Of a DNA stretch of 64,000 nucleotides, positions 58,720 through 64,000 are shown one piece after another (the stretch's first letter is position 1; every line of letters starts with the position of its first letter). Both the position numbers and the translations under genes were made by a program. The notes under the pieces are model-generated. The model made no database searches and was not told where the DNA came from. It worked only from the letters and a program-made list of their open reading frames with translations. Where the stretch lies: contig AP038806.1 in assembly GCA_047150005.1 (NCBI GenBank), forward strand, positions 672,001 through 736,000, written 5' to 3'. The stretch comes from Nitrospira sp. (lineage in GTDB: Bacteria > Nitrospirota > Nitrospiria > Nitrospirales > Nitrospiraceae).

Positions 58720-60152
58720 TTCGTAGCTGACTTCGCAGTCTTTCCGGTTTGGAGATACCGGTCGATGCCTGCGGCCATCTTGCGGCCTTCGGCGATCGCC
58801 CACACGATGAGCGAGGCGCCGCGCTTCGTATCACCGCCGGCGAAGACGCCGGCGAGGTTGGTCATGAAGTTGTCGTCCACTGTCACCGCGCCGCGCTGGT
58901 CGTACGTCACGCCGAGGCTGTCGAGCAGACCGTTCTTCACCGGCCCGGTGAATCCCATGGCTAGCAGAACGAGGTCCACATCCATCTCGAAGTCAGTGTC
59001 GGACATCGGGATGAACTTGCCGCCTTCGAATGTCACGCGATGGGCATGAAGCTTCGTAACGTGGCCGTTGTGTCCCGTGAACTTCGTCGTCGAGACGCTC
59101 CATTGACGGTCGCAGCCCTCTTCGTGCGCATGGGACGTCCGCAGTTGCATTGGCCAGAGGGGCCAGGGAGTTGAATCTGCCCGCTGCGGAGGAGGCTCAG
59201 GGAGCAATTCAAACTGGTGCGCCTCCACGCAACCCTGACGATGCGCAGTGCCCAAACAGTCGGATCCTGTATCGCCGCCACCGATGATCACGACCCGCTT
59301 ACCCTTTGCCGTGAGCGGTTCTTCCGTCACAGGAATGCCCGCCGTGCGCCTGTTCTGCTGCGTCAGGTACTCCATCGCCAGATGCACGCCCTTGAGTTCC
59401 CGGCCTGGGATCGGCAGCTCACGAGCCTGCTCAGCCCCCATCGTGAGTCCGACCGCATCGAACTGTTTCCGGAGTTGTTCTCCGGTGATGTCCTTGCCGA
59501 TTGTCACGCCGGTCTTGAACTCCACCCCTTCCGCCTTCATCTGTTCGAGCCGACGGTCGATAACCCATTTCTCCATCTTAAAATCCGGAATGCCATAGCG
59601 GAGCAACCCGCCGATGCGGTCGGCCTTTTCGAACAATGTCACGCTATGGCCGGCGCGCGCCAACTGCTGCGCTGCCGCCATGCCTGCCGGACCTGAACCC
59701 ACGATCGCGACCGTCTTGCCCGTTTTTGCGACCGGCATGACGGGGAACACAAGCCCTTCGTTGAAGCCGCGGTCGATGATGTTCCATTCGATGATGCGGA
59801 TGGAGACCGGATCTTCGTTGATGCCGAGTACGCAGGCTCCCTCGCAGGGAGCCGGACAAAGACGCCCGGTGAATTCGGGGAAGTTGTTGGTGCTGTGCAG
59901 GGCTTTGAGCGCATCTTGCCATCGGCCGCGATACACCAGATCGTTCCACTCGGGAATGAGGTTCACCACGGGACAGCCGGTGCTGCCCTGGCAGAACGGC
60001 ACGCCGCAATCCATGCAGCGCGCGCCCTGAATCTTCAGTTTGTCCTCGGAGATGGGCTCGTACATCTCCTTCCAGTCGAGCAGACGCAGTTCGACCGGCT
60101 TCCGCTTCGGGCCCTCGCGGGCATATTTCATGAAGCCTTTTGGATCACCCAT
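58716..60152 (-). CDS. gltD: Glutamate synthase small subunit
   Basis: RCMDCGVPFC, NNFPEFTGRLCPAPCE, GSGPAG, GGGDTGSDC. Confidence 0.97.
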   Translation of the reverse strand: MGDPKGFMKYAREGPKRKPVELRLLDWKEMYEPISEDKLKIQGARCMDCGVPFCQGSTGCPVVNLIPEWNDLVYRGRWQDALKALHSTNNFPEFTGRLCPAPCEGACVLGINEDPVSIRIIEWNIIDRGFNEGLVFPVMPVAKTGKTVAIVGSGPAGMAAAQQLARAGHSVTLFEKADRIGGLLRYGIPDFKMEKWVIDRRLEQMKAEGVEFKTGVTIGKDITGEQLRKQFDAVGLTMGAEQARELPIPGRELKGVHLAMEYLTQQNRRTAGIPVTEEPLTAKGKRVVIIGGGDTGSDCLGTAHRQGCVEAHQFELLPEPPPQRADSTPWPLWPMQLRTSHAHEEGCDRQWSVSTTKFTGHNGHVTKLHAHRVTFEGGKFIPMSDTDFEMDVDLVLLAMGFTGPVKNGLLDSLGVTYDQRGAVTVDDNFMTNLAGVFAGGDTKRGASLIVWAIAEGRKMAAGIDRYLQTGKTAKSATK

Positions 60153-60164
60153 ATCCTTAGTTCC

Positions 60165-60264
60165 GAGTGCTGAGTGCTAAGTGCTGAGTGCAGAAGCGTA
60201 AGAGCGGATTGACTGCTAGGCGACGTTTTTCCATCTCAGCACCCAGCACTCTCTACTCAGCACT
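60165..60264. repeat. Heptamer (GAGTGCT/AGCACTC) short tandem repeats in inverted arrangement in the gltB-gltD spacer
   Basis: GAGTGCT GAGTGCT AAGTGCT GAGTGC at 60165-60191; CTCAGCAC CCAGCACT ... CTCAGCACT at 60235-60264. Confidence 0.75.
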
Positions 60265-60267
60265 GTT

Positions 60268-63200
60268 CTAGTGTACCGCGCTCGCCTTGCGTTTCCGTTC
60301 TTCCAGCACCCGCTTGTAATCGACCGGCATCACCTTCACGAATTTCGGCAGCGTAGCGTCAAACGCATCGAGCACCTGCTTGGCTTTGCGGCTGCCCGTG
60401 TACATGAAATGTTTGGTGATCAAGTCATGGAGCAGTTGTTTGTCTTCCTTCATCGCAAGCGGCTCCAATTCCACCATGCCGGTGTTGCATCGGCTCTGGA
60501 ATTTCCCGAGATCATCCAGCACGAACGCGACGCCGCCCGACATGCCCGCGGCGAAATTCCTGCCGGTTCGTCCAAGCACGACCACGACTCCGCCCGTCAT
60601 GTATTCACAGCCGTGATCGCCCGTTCCCTCGACGACGGCCCGGGCGCCACTGTTTCTGACGGCAAACCGCTCGCCCGCCATGCCGTAGAAGTAGGCTTCA
60701 CCCTGGGTCGCACCGTAGAGCGACGTATTGCCGATGAGGATCGTGTCCTCCGGCGTGAACAACACGTCCTTGGGAGGAAACACGATGATCTTGCCGCCGG
60801 ACAGGCCTTTGCCGATGTAGTCGTTGGACTCGCCTTCAAGCGTCAGCGTCACGCCCCGAGCCAGGAATGCGCCGAACGATTGCCCCGCGGACCCGGTGAA
60901 CTTGATCGAGATCGTATCCTCCGGCAAGCCGTCCAGTCCGTACTTTTTCGCAATTTTGCTCGACAGCACCGTGCCGGTCGTGCGGTTCACGTTCTTGATC
61001 GGCAGCTCGACCGTCACCTTCTCGCCTTTCTCGATCGCCGGCTTGCACAGTTCCACCAGCTTATTGTCGAGAATGTCGGCCAGGCCATGATCCTGCTTTT
61101 GCACGCAGTATCGCGGCACGTCCGGCCCCACGTCGGGCATCGTCAGCAACGGGGTGAGGTCCAACCCCTTTGCCTTCCAGTGATCGACCGCCTTCGTGAT
61201 TTTGAGCTTGTCCACCCGACCGACCATTTCGTTGATCGTCCGGAACCCGAGCTTGGCCATCAGCTGCCGGGCTTCTTCCGCGACAAAGAACAGATAGTTG
61301 ACGATATGCTCCGGCTTGCCGTTGAACTTCTTGCGCAGCTCTGGATCTTGCGTCGCGATCCCGACCGGGCAGGTGTTCAGATGGCATTTGCGCATCATGA
61401 TGCAGCCTTCGACGATCAACGGCGCCGTCGCAAAACCGTACTCCTCCGCGCCGAGCAGCGTGGCGATCACGACGTCGCGGCCTGTTTTCATCTGTCCGTC
61501 CGTTTCGACCCTGATACGGCCGCGCAAATCGTTGAGCACCAGCGTCTGATGTGTTTCCGCCAATCCCAGCTCCCAAGGAATGCCGCCGTACTTGATCGAC
61601 GACAGCGGTGACGCGCCGGTCCCGCCGGAATCGCCACTGATCAATACCTTGTCCGCGTGGGCTTTGGATACGCCGGCTGCGACCGTGCCGACCCCGACTT
61701 CCGCGACTAGTTTTACCGACACGCCGGCGTCCGGATTGGAGTTCTTCAGATCGAAGATCAACTGGGCCAGATCCTCGATCGAATAAATGTCGTGGTGTGG
61801 CGGCGGCGAAATCAGCTGCACCCCCGGCGTCGCGTACCGAAACTTCGCGATGTTTTCATCGACTTTGTGGCCCGGCAACTGGCCGCCTTCGCCGGGTTTT
61901 GCGCCCTGCGCCATCTTGATCTGCAGTTCGCGAGCGTTCACCAGATAGTGGGCCGTCACGCCGAACCGCGCCGACGCCACCTGCTTGATGTAGCTGTTCT
62001 TGGAATCTCCATTCGGCAACGGCGTGAAGCGTTCGGGATCCTCGCCGCCCTCGCCGGTATTGCTCTTGCCGCCGAGCCGGTTCATCGCGATCGCGAGCGT
62101 CTCGTGCGCCTCCTTGCTGATCGACCCGAACGACATGGCGCCGGTGTTGAAGCGCTTGACGATGTCTTTGGCAGGCTCGACTTCCTCGATCGAAATCGGG
62201 GTCTGTGCGAACTTGAAATCGAGCAGGCCGCGCAGATTCGACCGCCGCTTGCTTTCGTCGTTCACCAACTGGGCGAAGTCGGCGTAGGTCTTCGCGTCGT
62301 TGGCGCGGCTGGCATGCTGCAGCTTGTAGATCGTCTCCGGATTCCAGTTATGGTGCTCGCCCTGGATGCGGTAGTGAATCTCCCCGCCGAAATCGAGCTG
62401 TCTGATGGCGGCCGGCTCGTAGGCCACGCGATGCCGGCGCAACGTCTCCTCGCCGATCTCGGGGATTCCGACCCCCTCCACCCGCGACGGGGTGCCTGTG
62501 AAGTAGCGGTCGATCAATTCATGATTCAAACCGATCGCTTCGAAGATCTGCGCCCCGCAGTAGGACTGCACCGTCGAGATGCCCATCTTGGAGAAGATCT
62601 TGAGCAGGCCCTTGTTGATGGCCTTGATGAACTTGCCCTCCGCCGTCTGGGCATCGAGCCCTTCCGGCAGATAGTTGTCGCGCTCCATGTCCACGAGCGA
62701 TTCGAACACAAGATAGGGATTGATGGTCCCGGCCCCGTAGCCGATCAGACAGGCGAACTGGTGCACGTCGCGCGGCTCGCCGGTTTCGAGAATCAGTCCG
62801 ACCTCCGTCCTGGTGCATTCCCGCACCAGATGGTGGTGCACGGCCGAGATGCCAAGCAGGCTCGGGATCGGCGCCCATTCTTGATTGACGCCGCGATCGC
62901 TCAGAATCAGGAACTTGTAGCCGTCCTTGATCGCCTGCGAGGCCTCTCGGCACAACTCGTCGACCGCCGCGCCGAGTCCGTCCGGACCTTCGGCCACGGG
63001 GAACAGCATGCGGAGCGTCTTGCTCTTGAAGTTCGGATCCGAGATACCCCGGATCTTCTGCAGGTCGGCGTTCGTCAGAATTGGCTGCTGCACCTTGATG
63101 CGGCGGCAGGACTCCGGCGATTCATCCATGAGATTGGGCTTCGGCCCGATGTTGGTCACCAGCGACATCACGAGCTGCTCGCGGATCGGATCGATCGGCG

Positions 63201-64000
63201 GATTCGTCACCTGCGCGAACAGTTGCTTGAAATACTTGAAGAGCAGCTGCGGCCTGTCCGACAGCACGGCGAGTGGTGTATCAGTTCCCATCGACGAAAT
63301 GGCTTCTTCGCCGGTCACGATCATGGGTGTGATGACCATCTTGAGCTCTTCGACCGTATAGCCGAAGGCCTGCTGCCGCTGGCGGATCGTCGGATGATCC
63401 GGCTGCGGGACGTTCAACGGCTCGGGCAACTCGTCGAGCGAGACGCCGTACTGCGTCACCCAGCTTCGATACGGCTTACGGCCGACGATGTCGGCCTTGA
63501 TCTCTTCATCGTCGATGATGCGGCCCTTCACCGTGTCGACGAGGAACATGCGGCCCGGCATGAGCCGGCCCTTCATGCGGATGTTCTTGGCGGCGGCCGG
63601 AAGGACACCGGCCTCGGAAGCCAACACGACCATGCCGTCCGTCGTCACGTGGTAGCGGCAAGGCCTGAGCCCGTTGCGGTCCAGCGTCGCGCCGATCATT
63701 TTACCGTCGGTGAAACAGACCGCGGCCGGGCCATCCCAGGGTTCCATCATCGCCGCGTGATATTGATAGAAGCCGCGCCGGTCCAGATCCATCTGGGGAT
63801 TGGCCACCCAAGGTTCCGGAATCAGCATCATCATCGTGTGCGGCAATGAGCGACCGCCCAAAAGCAGAAACTCGAGCGCGTTGTCGAGGCAGGCCGAATC
63901 GCTCTGGTTTTCCGAAACGATCGGGAAAAGCTTTTCCATGTCCTTGCCGAAGAGCTCGGAGTGGAGCCGGCCCTGCCGCGCCTTCATCCAATTGACGTTG
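60268..64000 (-). CDS. gltB: Glutamate synthase large subunit (5' end outside window)
   Basis: [53 protein letters not shown] domain. Confidence 0.98.
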   Translation of the reverse strand, partial: NVNWMKARQGRLHSELFGKDMEKLFPIVSENQSDSACLDNALEFLLLGGRSLPHTMMMLIPEPWVANPQMDLDRRGFYQYHAAMMEPWDGPAAVCFTDGKMIGATLDRNGLRPCRYHVTTDGMVVLASEAGVLPAAAKNIRMKGRLMPGRMFLVDTVKGRIIDDEEIKADIVGRKPYRSWVTQYGVSLDELPEPLNVPQPDHPTIRQRQQAFGYTVEELKMVITPMIVTGEEAISSMGTDTPLAVLSDRPQLLFKYFKQLFAQVTNPPIDPIREQLVMSLVTNIGPKPNLMDESPESCRRIKVQQPILTNADLQKIRGISDPNFKSKTLRMLFPVAEGPDGLGAAVDELCREASQAIKDGYKFLILSDRGVNQEWAPIPSLLGISAVHHHLVRECTRTEVGLILETGEPRDVHQFACLIGYGAGTINPYLVFESLVDMERDNYLPEGLDAQTAEGKFIKAINKGLLKIFSKMGISTVQSYCGAQIFEAIGLNHELIDRYFTGTPSRVEGVGIPEIGEETLRRHRVAYEPAAIRQLDFGGEIHYRIQGEHHNWNPETIYKLQHASRANDAKTYADFAQLVNDESKRRSNLRGLLDFKFAQTPISIEEVEPAKDIVKRFNTGAMSFGSISKEAHETLAIAMNRLGGKSNTGEGGEDPERFTPLPNGDSKNSYIKQVASARFGVTAHYLVNARELQIKMAQGAKPGEGGQLPGHKVDENIAKFRYATPGVQLISPPPHHDIYSIEDLAQLIFDLKNSNPDAGVSVKLVAEVGVGTVAAGVSKAHADKVLISGDSGGTGASPLSSIKYGGIPWELGLAETHQTLVLNDLRGRIRVETDGQMKTGRDVVIATLLGAEEYGFATAPLIVEGCIMMRKCHLNTCPVGIATQDPELRKKFNGKPEHIVNYLFFVAEEARQLMAKLGFRTINEMVGRVDKLKITKAVDHWKAKGLDLTPLLTMPDVGPDVPRYCVQKQDHGLADILDNKLVELCKPAIEKGEKVTVELPIKNVNRTTGTVLSSKIAKKYGLDGLPEDTISIKFTGSAGQSFGAFLARGVTLTLEGESNDYIGKGLSGGKIIVFPPKDVLFTPEDTILIGNTSLYGATQGEAYFYGMAGERFAVRNSGARAVVEGTGDHGCEYMTGGVVVVLGRTGRNFAAGMSGGVAFVLDDLGKFQSRCNTGMVELEPLAMKEDKQLLHDLITKHFMYTGSRKAKQVLDAFDATLPKFVKVMPVDYKRVLEERKRKASAVH

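Overview
A GC-rich bacterial chromosomal segment. Gene content and repeat types suggest Nitrospira/Nitrospirota (inference). Most of the window is core genome: a KimA-like transporter tail, an RqcH/NFACT gene, a degP-tatC-mrp-moeA-mobB-hexaheme cytochrome c-ABC operon, a GT2/GT-C/carbamoyltransferase locus, a long tolQRAB-pal-cpoB-cpoB-mutL-miaA-mtnP-pfkB-TPR-rodZ run, tRNA-Asp and tRNA-Val, xerD, an LpoA-like gene, trpS and gltBD. There are two accessory hotspots. The first (about 1.7-6.2 kb) holds a MITE, an AT-rich divergent GGDEF gene split near its 3' end by an intact IS481 (6-bp TSD GAAAAT), a convergent AT-rich PD-(D/E)XK-like nuclease gene and a Phd/Doc-type TA pair, followed by an orphan aKG-HExxH enzyme gene. 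The second (about 54.5-58.9 kb), downstream of gltD, holds nested inverted and direct repeats, a GNAT, an IS5 joined in tandem to its own MITE, and a nucleotidyltransferase/partner pair between two copies of the gltD 3' end, which looks like 3'-end replacement. Smaller oddities are a catalytically dead caspase-like protein, a signal-peptide-bearing DUF151 nuclease, tandem paralogs with leaderless promoter architecture and heptamer repeats. No CRISPR array or rRNA was seen.
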